64,000 bases of DNA from an uncultured Planctomycetales bacterium (GTDB lineage: Bacteria > Omnitrophota > Gorgyraeia > Zapsychrales > JANLHA01): contig CAZAXH010000002.1 of NCBI GenBank assembly GCA_964489065.1, positions 214,177-278,176 of the forward strand, read 5' to 3'. The position numbers were made by a program, and so were the translations under genes. Below are positions 48,779 through 58,111 of the stretch, piece by piece. Below the pieces are notes generated by a model. That model did no database searches. It saw only the letters and a program-made list of their open reading frames with translations, and had not been told where the DNA came from. The stretch's first letter is position 1. Every line of letters begins with the position of its first letter.

Positions 48779-49516
48779 GTGACGGAAGATAAAATAAAAA
48801 TACTGGTTGTCGATGATGATCCTGTGACAAGGCATTTATTGTCTCGTGTCCTTTCTCGCAATAATTTTGAGGTCTCTGTGGCGGTGCATGGGCAGGAAGG
48901 GTTGTCCGTTTATGAAGAAAAGCGGTCGCATATTATTATTCTTGACATCATGATGCCGGTTATGGATGGGTTTGAATTTGTGGCCAGGTTTAAAGCCCGT
49001 TTCGATATCAAGGAAACTCCGATTATTGTTTTATCGTCTCTGTCCAATCAGCAGGATGTCTTCCGGCAGGAGGGGATCAATGACTATATTGTGAAGCCTT
49101 TTAAGTCCGCGCACCTGCTCAGGAAAATCAGGCAGCGGCTCCAGCAGCGCACCAAAAAAATTCTCGTGGTGGATGATGAGCCTGATTTCGTTCACAGCCT
49201 TTCTTTGAGGTTGAGCAACAGTGGCTACCAGGTTATTACGGCTTTTGACGGACTGTCCGCCCTTGAAACCGCTAAGCGCGAAAGACCGGATTTGATGGTC
49301 TTGGATATTATGATGCCCAAGCTGGACGGTTTTAATGTCTGCCGGATGTTAAAATTTGATAATAAATACAAAAACATGAACGTCATCCTACTGACAGCCC
49401 GGGCCGGGGAAGAGACCCGCCGGCTTGGTAAGCAGGTCGGGGCTGATGCGTGCCTGACGAAACCGCATGACGACACCTTCCTTTTGAAGCTCATGAAAGA
49501 ACTTCTGTGGGACTGA
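48779..49516 (+). CDS. response regulator with two tandem receiver domains and no output domain
   Basis: REC1 ILVVDDDPVTRH...IIILDIMMPVMDGF; REC2 ILVVDDEPDF...LMVLDIMMPKLDGF; GTG start. Confidence 0.8.
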   Translation: MTEDKIKILVVDDDPVTRHLLSRVLSRNNFEVSVAVHGQEGLSVYEEKRSHIIILDIMMPVMDGFEFVARFKARFDIKETPIIVLSSLSNQQDVFRQEGINDYIVKPFKSAHLLRKIRQRLQQRTKKILVVDDEPDFVHSLSLRLSNSGYQVITAFDGLSALETAKRERPDLMVLDIMMPKLDGFNVCRMLKFDNKYKNMNVILLTARAGEETRRLGKQVGADACLTKPHDDTFLLKLMKELLWD

Positions 49517-49740
49517 GTCTTTCTCCGTTGTCTCTTCCTGTGTATTTTTTCGTGACTGACTTTCCGCTATCCGCCCGCCCGGGGTTTTTAGTGGCTTCCA
49601 GTGAAAAAATTTTTAAAAGAGTTTACTCGGAGTAAACCCAATGTATAATATTATGGAAGCTCTTGGAAAATAATATTGTTACAAATACTTGACTAAGAAA
49701 TTTTATGACATGGTTTAATGCTTGTATTGATTCTTAATCC

Positions 49741-51684
49741 GTGAAAAAGAAAACTGCGCGCCAAAAACATCCCCAGATTTTTCGACAGCATCTTCTGGAA
49801 GACTTTGTGAACCATATCCCGGATGCGATTTATTTCAAGGATATGAAGGGCCGATTTATTTTTATAAACGCGGCCGGAGCCAAGGGGTTGGGGTTGGCTC
49901 CTGAAGAAGTCCTTGGAAAAACCGACTTGGACGTCTTTCCGCCCCGTCTGGCGAAAAAAGTTATAAAGGACAGCCAGCGTGTTATTAAATCCGGGAAAGC
50001 CATTATTGATCGCGTTGACAAGGTCCCAGACCATTCGGCCGCCGGAGAGGATTTTTATATTTCAACGACGTTGATTCCGCGCTTTGATCATCGGGGGAAG
50101 TGCATTGGAGTCATGGGAATTGCCCGGGACGTGTCCAAACGGATGCAGTTTGAACATCTGCGTGACAAATGGCTGCCGATGGAAAAGAAATTGCTGATGC
50201 TTGAGGAGATGACCCGGGTGAAATCCGATTTCATTTCCGCGGTTTCGCATGAAATCCGCACCCCCCTGGCCATTATCAAACAGCTTTTTATGCTGATTTA
50301 TGATGAAACAGCCGGCCCGATCAATAACCAGCAGCGGGAACTCCTGGTTAAAGCCAATAATAATATTGACCGCCTTCAGCATATCATTGAAGAACTTCTG
50401 GACATTTCCAGGATCGAAGGGCAAAAGTTCAGCCTCAGCTATTCGTTGATTAAGATGAAAGACTTTTTGCTGGACAGCGCGCCTTTCTTTAAGGAGTTTG
50501 CCGCGGAAAAGCAAATTGCCCTCGAATACCGGATGCCCAAGCAGGATATTGCGGTCTTTGTAGACCCGGAGCGTGTTCAGCAGATTATCACCAATTTAAT
50601 CAATAATGCGATTAAATTTACTCCCCCGCACGGAAAGATTGTGGTGGAAGTGAAAGTTTTAAAGTCTAAAGTGCGGGTTGGGGTTCTGGACAACGGCCCG
50701 GGTATTCCGAAAGAAGACCTGTTCAGAATTTTTGAGCGCTTTGTGCAGGTGTCAACGGGTGACGGCGCGAAACGTAAGGGCATTGGATTGGGATTGACGA
50801 TCGTGAAGGCTCTCGTTGAGAAACATGGCGGTGAAATATGGGTTGAGTCCGATGAGGGGAAAGGCAGCCGGTTTTTCTTTACCTTGCCCCGTTTTTACAC
50901 AACGAATATTTTGCCCCCGAAAGTCCGGATCCAAATTAACGCTATGCTTGAGAAACAGAAGTCAGTCAGCCTGGTGAATCTGCTCGTTGTTAATTTTGAG
51001 GATTTCCGGAAAAGGCTTGATATCGACACGAAGAAGATGTTCCGGGATATCCATAAAATTGTTTTCCAGGCGGGCAAGGATGCTTTCAAACGGTTCTCGG
51101 CGGGGGATTATATTTATGTCACGAATTTGAAGGAAGGGGCCGTCAGCGTTGTTTTTCCTTACGCCGTTAAGGAGGAACCGATTTTTTGTGACCTGATCCG
51201 GCAGAGGGTCAAGAATTATTTTCTCAAGAATTCGCTCAATGAAATCTTCATGGCGCTGGGGTTGGTTTCTTATACCAGCGAATCGGTGCGGGGAGAGTTT
51301 GACAGCCAGAATTTTCACATCAAAGAATTATATATCGGCTCGGAAATGAGGCTTTATAAGCGCGTTAAATATCATGTGCGGGTTTGCGTTGCCAGGGGAA
51401 AGGGGGGGGATCTTTTCGCGGACACCCAGGATTTGTCCTTAGGGGGCATTTGCCTGATCATGCAGGCCCCGTTGGCCACAGACGAGCAGGTCGGGTTGGT
51501 GTTTTCGTTATTGAAAATTCGTAAGGAAATATCGGTTCAGGGGCGGGTCGCGTGGGTCAGCCATGTTGAAGATCACTCCATGACCCAGTTTTTGGATTAT
51601 TACCGGATTGGTATCGAATTTACGGGATTGGATAAAAAGCAGCGGGAGATGCTGGCGAAAGAGCTGAGGTTGTATTATGAGTAA
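49741..51684 (+). CDS. PAS sensor histidine kinase with C-terminal PilZ domain
   Basis: PAS, H-box VSHEIRTPLAII, HATPase_c, then a C-terminal PilZ-like domain (RVKYHVRVCVARGKGG...DLSLGGICL...GRVAWV); GTG start. Confidence 0.75.
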   Translation: MKKKTARQKHPQIFRQHLLEDFVNHIPDAIYFKDMKGRFIFINAAGAKGLGLAPEEVLGKTDLDVFPPRLAKKVIKDSQRVIKSGKAIIDRVDKVPDHSAAGEDFYISTTLIPRFDHRGKCIGVMGIARDVSKRMQFEHLRDKWLPMEKKLLMLEEMTRVKSDFISAVSHEIRTPLAIIKQLFMLIYDETAGPINNQQRELLVKANNNIDRLQHIIEELLDISRIEGQKFSLSYSLIKMKDFLLDSAPFFKEFAAEKQIALEYRMPKQDIAVFVDPERVQQIITNLINNAIKFTPPHGKIVVEVKVLKSKVRVGVLDNGPGIPKEDLFRIFERFVQVSTGDGAKRKGIGLGLTIVKALVEKHGGEIWVESDEGKGSRFFFTLPRFYTTNILPPKVRIQINAMLEKQKSVSLVNLLVVNFEDFRKRLDIDTKKMFRDIHKIVFQAGKDAFKRFSAGDYIYVTNLKEGAVSVVFPYAVKEEPIFCDLIRQRVKNYFLKNSLNEIFMALGLVSYTSESVRGEFDSQNFHIKELYIGSEMRLYKRVKYHVRVCVARGKGGDLFADTQDLSLGGICLIMQAPLATDEQVGLVFSLLKIRKEISVQGRVAWVSHVEDHSMTQFLDYYRIGIEFTGLDKKQREMLAKELRLYYE

Positions 51685-52063
51685 GAAGGTCTTGATTGTC
51701 GATGATGAGCAGGATATGGTGTTTGGCCTGCGGATGATGTTTGAGGCGAACAATTTCGAGGTTATGGTGGCTTTTGATGGCCAGGAGGCTTTGAATATAG
51801 CCCGGCAAAGCAGACCGGATATTATGATCCTGGATTTGATGTTGCCGAAGGTGGACGGGTATCGCGTCTGCCGGATGCTGAAATTCGATGAAAAATACAG
51901 GAAAATTCCGATTGTCATGCTGACGGCTCGGACTTCCGCCGAGGAGATGAAGACCGGGATGGACGTTGGCGCCGACGAGTATATTGTCAAACCGTTTGAT
52001 CAACAGGTTTTAATGGATAAAGTGAAGGCCCTGCTGAAACAGAGCGGTTCGTCCGCAGTATAA
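51677..52063 (+). CDS. response regulator, receiver domain only
   Basis: VLIVDDEQDMVF...IMILDLMLPKVDGY...K; overlaps the kinase stop by 8 nt. Confidence 0.85.
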   Translation: MSKKVLIVDDEQDMVFGLRMMFEANNFEVMVAFDGQEALNIARQSRPDIMILDLMLPKVDGYRVCRMLKFDEKYRKIPIVMLTARTSAEEMKTGMDVGADEYIVKPFDQQVLMDKVKALLKQSGSSAV

Positions 52064-52091
52064 TTTTGCAGAGGGCAGATGACGGGAAAAC

Positions 52092-53771
52092 ATGATGCAG
52101 ACAAAACAAAATTTGCGCCGTTATAGAGAAGTGGTGAACCTCCTGCTCAAAGAAGGGTTGATCACGGAAAAGATGCTGGAGTACGCCCGGCAGGAGGCGC
52201 AGATGAGCGGCCTGAATATTGAGAGGGCGCTCATTAAACTTGAGCTGGTGACGGAGGAAGATATTGTTAAGGTGCGCGCTAATGCCCTGGGCATCCCGTA
52301 CATGGACTTAAGCGACTATATCATTGACCCGGAGATCATCGCCATGGTCCCCAAAGAGGTCTGTTTAAAGTTCAGCCTGGTTCCGCTCTTTAAGATCGGG
52401 AACAACATCACCGTCGGGATGGTGGACCCCCAGGACATTGTGGCTTTAGACCAGCTCCGCCGTATCTGCAAGATTGAAAATGTGGACCCTGTCCTGGTTT
52501 CAGAACGGGGCGTCCGGAGGCTTCTCGATTCGAGTTTCGGCATCGGCAGTTCCATTGATGATATTGTTAAATCGATTGATAATGAAGAAACGCAGGAGGC
52601 GGTCACGGAAGTAGGGGCCGGCGCCCCTTTGGTGAGGCTGGTGAACATCGTGATCGCCCAGGCGGTTAAGGATCACGCGTCGGATATCCATATTGAACCG
52701 GAAGAGGACGGCGTGCGGATCCGGCTGCGCGTGGACGGTGTCCTGCAGGAACTTAAGATGTTGCCTAAGAAAATCCAGAGCGGGATCATATCCCGGGTCA
52801 AGATTATGGCGAAAATGGATATTGCCGAGAGCCGCAAACCCCAGGACGGGCGGATCCGGATCAAAATCGAGAATAAGGAGCTGGATTTGCGGGTCTCGAC
52901 TTTTCCGACGATACACGGGGAGAATATCGTATTGCGGGTCCTGGATAAGTCCGCTGTCCTCCTTGGGCTGAAAGAACTCGGGTTTCTCGATGATGAGCTG
53001 CAGGCTTTTCAGAAACTTATCAACCGGCCGTACGGAATTGTGCTGGTCACCGGCCCGACAGGCAGCGGGAAAACGTCAACGCTCTATTCGGCGTTAACGC
53101 AAATTAATTCTGTCGAGAAGAAAATCGTGACCATCGAAGACCCGGTCGAATATGAGTTGTCTCTCATCCGGCAGACCCAGATCAATCCGAAGGCGGGGCT
53201 GACGTTTGCCACCGGCTTGCGCAGTATCTTAAGACAGGACCCGGACATTATTATGGTGGGGGAAATCCGGGACAGGGAAACGGCTGACATCGCGATTCAG
53301 GCGGCCTTGACCGGCCATCTTGTTTTTGCCACGCTCCATACTAATGACGCCCCATCCACGATTTCCCGGCTGCTTGATATGGGCATTGAACCTTTCCTGT
53401 TATCAACGTCGCTGATCGGGATTTTGGCCCAGCGTTTGGTGCGGACCATCTGTTATAAGTGCAAGGACAAAGTCGAAGTCAGCGGCGCGCTGTCTTCCGA
53501 TTTTAATCTGGAGGGGCTCAAACACATTTACCGGGGAAAGGGGTGCCGGGAATGTGACGGTACCGGATTGAAGGGGAGAACCGGGATTTTTGAGTTGTTG
53601 CTTATTAGTGAGGAGATCCGGCGGAATATTGAAACCCGCGCCTCGGCGGATGAAATTCGTAAAATCGCCAAGAAGGCGGGTTTTAAAACGCTGAGGGATT
53701 CCGGCGTGCAGTTGGTCCGGAACGGGATGACGACTCCGGAAGAAGTTCTCCGGGTCACGATGACAGAATAA
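52092..53771 (+). CDS. pilB: type IV pilus assembly ATPase PilB (GspE family)
   Basis: T2SSE_N domain, Walker A GPTGSGKT, Asp/His boxes, tetracysteine CYKC...CREC. Confidence 0.9.
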   Translation: MMQTKQNLRRYREVVNLLLKEGLITEKMLEYARQEAQMSGLNIERALIKLELVTEEDIVKVRANALGIPYMDLSDYIIDPEIIAMVPKEVCLKFSLVPLFKIGNNITVGMVDPQDIVALDQLRRICKIENVDPVLVSERGVRRLLDSSFGIGSSIDDIVKSIDNEETQEAVTEVGAGAPLVRLVNIVIAQAVKDHASDIHIEPEEDGVRIRLRVDGVLQELKMLPKKIQSGIISRVKIMAKMDIAESRKPQDGRIRIKIENKELDLRVSTFPTIHGENIVLRVLDKSAVLLGLKELGFLDDELQAFQKLINRPYGIVLVTGPTGSGKTSTLYSALTQINSVEKKIVTIEDPVEYELSLIRQTQINPKAGLTFATGLRSILRQDPDIIMVGEIRDRETADIAIQAALTGHLVFATLHTNDAPSTISRLLDMGIEPFLLSTSLIGILAQRLVRTICYKCKDKVEVSGALSSDFNLEGLKHIYRGKGCRECDGTGLKGRTGIFELLLISEEIRRNIETRASADEIRKIAKKAGFKTLRDSGVQLVRNGMTTPEEVLRVTMTE

Positions 53772-53801
53772 ACGGCAGTCTGTAAAGGAGTTTGGGCCAT
53801 C

Positions 53802-54860
53802 ATGGGGATTTTAAAGAGAGCCCCGCGGGTTAAATTTGCCGAACTTAATATGTTCACCCGGCAGCTTTTCACCCTTCAGAGAGCCGGGTTGCCTATGCTG
53901 ATGAGTCTCCATGCTATCCGGGATCAGTCGGAAAGCGTTATGTTCAGGGATGTGATCAGCCGTGTGGCGGGGAAAATCGAGGCCGGCTCCAGCCTGTCTG
54001 AAGCGTTGGCGATGTTCCCGTCGGTCTTTAATTCGATTTATGTGAATATGGTTCATTCCGGAGAAGTGGCCGGAAAGCTGGAACACATTCTTGAGCGATT
54101 GGCGACCTTGGGGGAACATGATGAAAAGGTCCGGCTCCATATCAAATCCGCGATGCGTTATCCCCTGATTGTGGTTGCGACTTTGATCATGGGGTTTGTT
54201 TTCCTTGTCCTGTTCGTCGTCCCCAAATTTACCAATATGTTTGCCAAGTTTGATACGGCGTTGCCTCTCCCGACCCAGTTGCTGCTGCTGATTTATAACA
54301 CGATCGTGCATTTTTGGTGGGTGGTGCTGATCATCCTGGGCCTTTGTTTTTTCGCGTTTTTAAAATTTGTGCAAACCCGGAAAGGACGGTTTATCCGGGA
54401 TAAGGTCCTGTTGAGGCTTCCCGTTTTTGGCCCTATGATCCAGAAGATCAGCCTGTCCCGGTTCTGCCGGATAACATCTACCCTTTTAAGGAGCGGGGTT
54501 CCGATCCTGACGATCCTTGACCTGGTCAAAGGGACCTCGGAAAATTCCGTTATCGCCGAGGCTATCGAGAATATTAAAAACAGCGTCAATGACGGCAAGG
54601 GCATGCTCGCACCGATGAAGGCCAGCGGCTTGTTTCCCCCGGTGGTGACTCAGATGGTTTCTGTGGGGGAAGAAACCGGAAAACTGGATGAACTTTTGGT
54701 GCATGTGGCGGATTATTATGATTCCCAGGTGGAATACACGATCAATAATCTTGTGTCGATGATTGAGCCGATTCTGATTATTTTTTTGGGCAGCACGGTG
54801 TTGTTCTTGGCTTTGGGCATTTTTATGCCTATGTGGAGCCTGATGAAACTTTTTAAATAA
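53802..54860 (+). CDS. pilC: type IV pilus platform protein PilC (GspF family)
   Basis: two T2SSF domains with 3 TM helices. Confidence 0.85.
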   Translation: MGILKRAPRVKFAELNMFTRQLFTLQRAGLPMLMSLHAIRDQSESVMFRDVISRVAGKIEAGSSLSEALAMFPSVFNSIYVNMVHSGEVAGKLEHILERLATLGEHDEKVRLHIKSAMRYPLIVVATLIMGFVFLVLFVVPKFTNMFAKFDTALPLPTQLLLLIYNTIVHFWWVVLIILGLCFFAFLKFVQTRKGRFIRDKVLLRLPVFGPMIQKISLSRFCRITSTLLRSGVPILTILDLVKGTSENSVIAEAIENIKNSVNDGKGMLAPMKASGLFPPVVTQMVSVGEETGKLDELLVHVADYYDSQVEYTINNLVSMIEPILIIFLGSTVLFLALGIFMPMWSLMKLFK

Positions 54861-55051
54861 AGGGGCGGGGATAATTTTTCTTAATTTTTACTAGACTCTT
54901 TATGGTATCAAGCTATATTAAGAAAGGACTGTATCCGGAGATTTCAAGAGTTTTTTAAAAAAGGAGTTGTGAGGTTATAGGCAGGGGGCTGTTTTAAACT
55001 AGGCATGTTTATTAAAATCTAAAATTAAGGCTTACCAAAAGGAGGAGCGGG

Positions 55052-55420
55052 ATGAACAAAAAGGGATTTACGTTGATTGAGTTGATTATGGTGATTGTTA
55101 TTTTGGGGATTCTGGCGGCTGTGGCCATTCCACAATATTTTAATCTGCAGGATGACGCGAATGAAGCGGCCGAGAAAGGGATTATCGGCGGGGTGAGAGC
55201 GGGTATCCAGACGTATTTCGCAAGATATAAGGGGTGGCCTTCGACATTGGATTCCGCAGCCGCGGGCGACTGTTCCACCACCAACGTCTGTTTTGACAAT
55301 GTCTTGGCCCAGGGCGGGGTCACGGAAAATTGGAGCGTGGACGCTTCCGGAAACTATGTCGGGCCGAACGGCGGCTCGTACGAATATGACTCTTCCGACG
55401 GCTCTTTTGAAACACCGTAA
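55052..55420 (+). CDS. type IV major pilin (prepilin with N-terminal methylation motif)
   Basis: KGFTLIELIMVIVILGILAAVAIP class III signal; RBS AAAGGAGGAG. Confidence 0.85.
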   Translation: MNKKGFTLIELIMVIVILGILAAVAIPQYFNLQDDANEAAEKGIIGGVRAGIQTYFARYKGWPSTLDSAAAGDCSTTNVCFDNVLAQGGVTENWSVDASGNYVGPNGGSYEYDSSDGSFETP

Positions 55421-55453
55421 AGGCGTTGTTAATATTTGTTATGAAATCGTATA

Positions 55454-55490
55454 ATGCCGGCTATGTCTTGTTGAAAGGCATAGTCGGCAT
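55454..55490 (+). other. 12-bp stem hairpin immediately 3' of the pilin gene (possible stabiliser/attenuator; no U-tract)
   Basis: atgccggctatg-tcttgttgaaagg-catagtcggcat (one G·U). Confidence 0.4.
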
Positions 55491-55529
55491 TGTCACAATG
55501 GCCAGAGGCATGACGCCAGGGGACACGGG

Positions 55530-55919
55530 ATGACGGAGAAGAAGGGGTATATTCTTATTGTGGATGATGAAGAAATTATCATCGAGATGCTTTTAAGGCG
55601 CATATTGATAGACCCCCAAATCCCCCTGGAACCGCTTGTGGCGAGAGACGGCTACGAGGCTTTGGAGCTTATGCGGCGGTTTTCCGTCAGCGTTGTCATC
55701 CTGGATATTCAGATGCGCAACCTGGATGGGTATGAAGTGATCCGGCAAGCCAAGGCCGAAGAAGCCCTCCGAGATATTCCGATTGTTGTATCGTCCGGGG
55801 TGGTCGATAACGAGGCCAGAGTGCGGCTGGCTGCTTTTCAGATTACTCATTTCCTGGATAAGCCCTACACATTCAATCAGTTTCTTAAAAAGATCCGGGA
55901 GGTTCTCTCTCTCGATTAA
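55530..55919 (+). CDS. response regulator, receiver domain only (inside the pilus cluster)
   Basis: ILIVDDEEIIIE...VVILDIQMRNLDGYEV...K. Confidence 0.8.
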   Translation: MTEKKGYILIVDDEEIIIEMLLRRILIDPQIPLEPLVARDGYEALELMRRFSVSVVILDIQMRNLDGYEVIRQAKAEEALRDIPIVVSSGVVDNEARVRLAAFQITHFLDKPYTFNQFLKKIREVLSLD

Positions 55920-56025
55920 GGGACGACCGCTTGCCTCGCAGGGTTAAACTGCTCTTCCTTGTTATCGCTGAACGCGTTCCAAAGAACATAAACAATCCGT
56001 TTTCTGTCGTTACAGAAGTTGAAAA

Positions 56026-57144
56026 TTGAATATGTCGCCAGAAATCCACCCGATAAGAAAACAAGCCGGCGTTATTCTTTTGACAATGGTGCTGTTGATC
56101 GTTGTCGCTTCTATTTCCATTTACGGCGTGACGGTTTTTATTGTGGAACGCCTGGCCGCCTCCTCAACGCGGGCGGCGCAACTGGAAACAGTTTATCTGG
56201 CGCAGGCGGGAATCCACCGGGCCCTGTATGATTTTCGGAATCATGACGTGTCCGGGAACGGTTATTTTTCCATCGGGCAAACGGATGTCGACTCAAAACG
56301 GTTTTTTGTCATCGGAGGGGATCCGGCGGATTTCCTGCTCGTGGACACCTCCCAGGTTGTTTTGGGGGGAGAATATTCTCCCGCGGAATGCCGGGCGATC
56401 GGCCGGGTATGCCGGGACGAGTGTACGGCCGACCGGGCGGACTGTTATGCTGTCTGCGATAGTGAGCGGGCCGTCTGCCGGTCGGATGCCTACGCTGTTT
56501 ATCAGGCCTGTGTCGCGCAATGTCCCTCGGGTTGGCAAGGATGGTTGTGCCGGTTACAGTGTCAAACGGCCCTGAATTCGGCTTACTTGGCCTGCGATCA
56601 GGCCAGGACCGATTGCCGGGACCAGTGCTATGATGATTATTCAGACTGCCGGGCGGAGTGTATCGAGGAACAGGAGGCCTGTATTGACGGGAATAAACTG
56701 ACCGGGCTGACAATTCAGAATGTCACCGATTCCAACACCATTACGATCGACCGTATGCGGGTTTCCTGGGATAATACCCGTCGTTTACAACAAATCGTCA
56801 TAAACGGGCAGCTCCTCTGGAGCGGGAGTGTGTCCAGCCCGGCCAATGCCAATTTAACCCCGGATTTCACTTTAAATGCCTCGCAGACGGTTTATGACAT
56901 CGATTATCTTCAGTTCTCCGGGAGCATGGCGGATGCCACAACCGCCGATATTGAATTCATTATGTCCGACGGATCATCCAAGACCGTGACGGCTTATCCC
57001 GCGTCCGATGCCGCTTTAATCACTGTGCGTGCCACCGGGAAAATAACCGGCTCGGAGGTCTATAGGACCATAGCGGCCACGTATGATGTGGGGACGGGAA
57101 CCGTAAGCGCTTGGGAGGAAACTGATGAAGAAATTTCTCCTTAA
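56026..57144 (+). CDS. PilX-like pilus protein with cysteine-rich insert
   Basis: N-terminal PilX_N-like TM segment (KQAGVILLTMVLLIVVASISIYG...AAQLETVYLAQAGIHRA); ~110-aa segment with 16 Cys (CRAIGRVCRDEC...CRAECIEEQEAC). Confidence 0.6.
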   Translation: MNMSPEIHPIRKQAGVILLTMVLLIVVASISIYGVTVFIVERLAASSTRAAQLETVYLAQAGIHRALYDFRNHDVSGNGYFSIGQTDVDSKRFFVIGGDPADFLLVDTSQVVLGGEYSPAECRAIGRVCRDECTADRADCYAVCDSERAVCRSDAYAVYQACVAQCPSGWQGWLCRLQCQTALNSAYLACDQARTDCRDQCYDDYSDCRAECIEEQEACIDGNKLTGLTIQNVTDSNTITIDRMRVSWDNTRRLQQIVINGQLLWSGSVSSPANANLTPDFTLNASQTVYDIDYLQFSGSMADATTADIEFIMSDGSSKTVTAYPASDAALITVRATGKITGSEVYRTIAATYDVGTGTVSAWEETDEEISP

Positions 57145-57526
57145 TCCGTGCCGCGGCGTGACCCTCATCGAGCTGGTCATGACCATGGTGGTTTTGGGCA
57201 TTGTCGCGGTGCCGTTGACGCTCATGATGTATGAGCATGTTGAAGGCGTTTTCCTGTCAGCCGATCACCTGCTGGCGGTCCAGCTTGGCCGCATGGAAAT
57301 GGAACGCCAGAATAATATGGCGTATGACAGCCTTTTAACCGTATCCCAATTCAATTATCAGGGCTATGATTTTGACGTTGCGGTGACCGTCAGCTATGTC
57401 CAAGGCAACGCCTCCAGTGCGGAGAGTTTAAAATCGGTTCAGGTTGAAGTCACGAAGCACGGGTCTTCGGACGTTTTAGCAAATTTTATTACTTATCGTG
57501 TGAAAAATGTGCAAATTGGAGTATAA
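57125..57526 (+). CDS. minor pilin / pseudopilin (prepilin-type N-terminal cleavage/methylation domain)
   Basis: RGVTLIELVMTMVVLGIVAVP. Confidence 0.75.
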   Translation: MKKFLLNPCRGVTLIELVMTMVVLGIVAVPLTLMMYEHVEGVFLSADHLLAVQLGRMEMERQNNMAYDSLLTVSQFNYQGYDFDVAVTVSYVQGNASSAESLKSVQVEVTKHGSSDVLANFITYRVKNVQIGV

Positions 57527-58073
57527 TCGAGGCAATGGTTTTACATTGATCGAATTGATCATGGTGATCGTGATCGTCGGGATACTTGCTGTCCCGGCGG
57601 CCTATATCATGATGCATTTTGTGCAGAACACCGTTTATCTCCCCGGGCAGATGACTACGGACATGATCCTGGAACGGATTCAGGATGTCGTGATTGAAGG
57701 GGACGCGACGGCTAAAGGCTTGCGCTTCAGCCGGGCGATGAGTTCTATCGCGGACAATGACCTGACTTTTGTCAATCAGGATGGGGACACGGTCCGCTAC
57801 CGTCTGGATACAGGGAACGGGAATTTGTACCGTTCGATTAACAGCGGGACGGAGTTGCTGGTCCCGTATTATCTGCCGTCCGGAGTCACTGTCAGCGGGT
57901 TGAACGGCGCGCTGTTTACGTATTATAACGCCGCGGAGGCCGAAACCGCAACGGTCCAGGATGTCCGCTGGATCTCCGTGGGCCTGATGGTGAAGGACGG
58001 GGCGGGGGATGTGGAACGATGGGAAGGCCGCAGTGAGGGGCTTTCTGCGGTTTATGTCCCGCGTTTCCAGTAA
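57507..58073 (+). CDS. minor pilin / pseudopilin
   Basis: NGFTLIELIMVIVIVGILAVPAAY. Confidence 0.75.
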   Translation: MCKLEYNRGNGFTLIELIMVIVIVGILAVPAAYIMMHFVQNTVYLPGQMTTDMILERIQDVVIEGDATAKGLRFSRAMSSIADNDLTFVNQDGDTVRYRLDTGNGNLYRSINSGTELLVPYYLPSGVTVSGLNGALFTYYNAAEAETATVQDVRWISVGLMVKDGAGDVERWEGRSEGLSAVYVPRFQ

Positions 58074-58111
58074 CCGGCAGGGCACGGGAAAACCAGACAC
58101 GTTAAAATACC

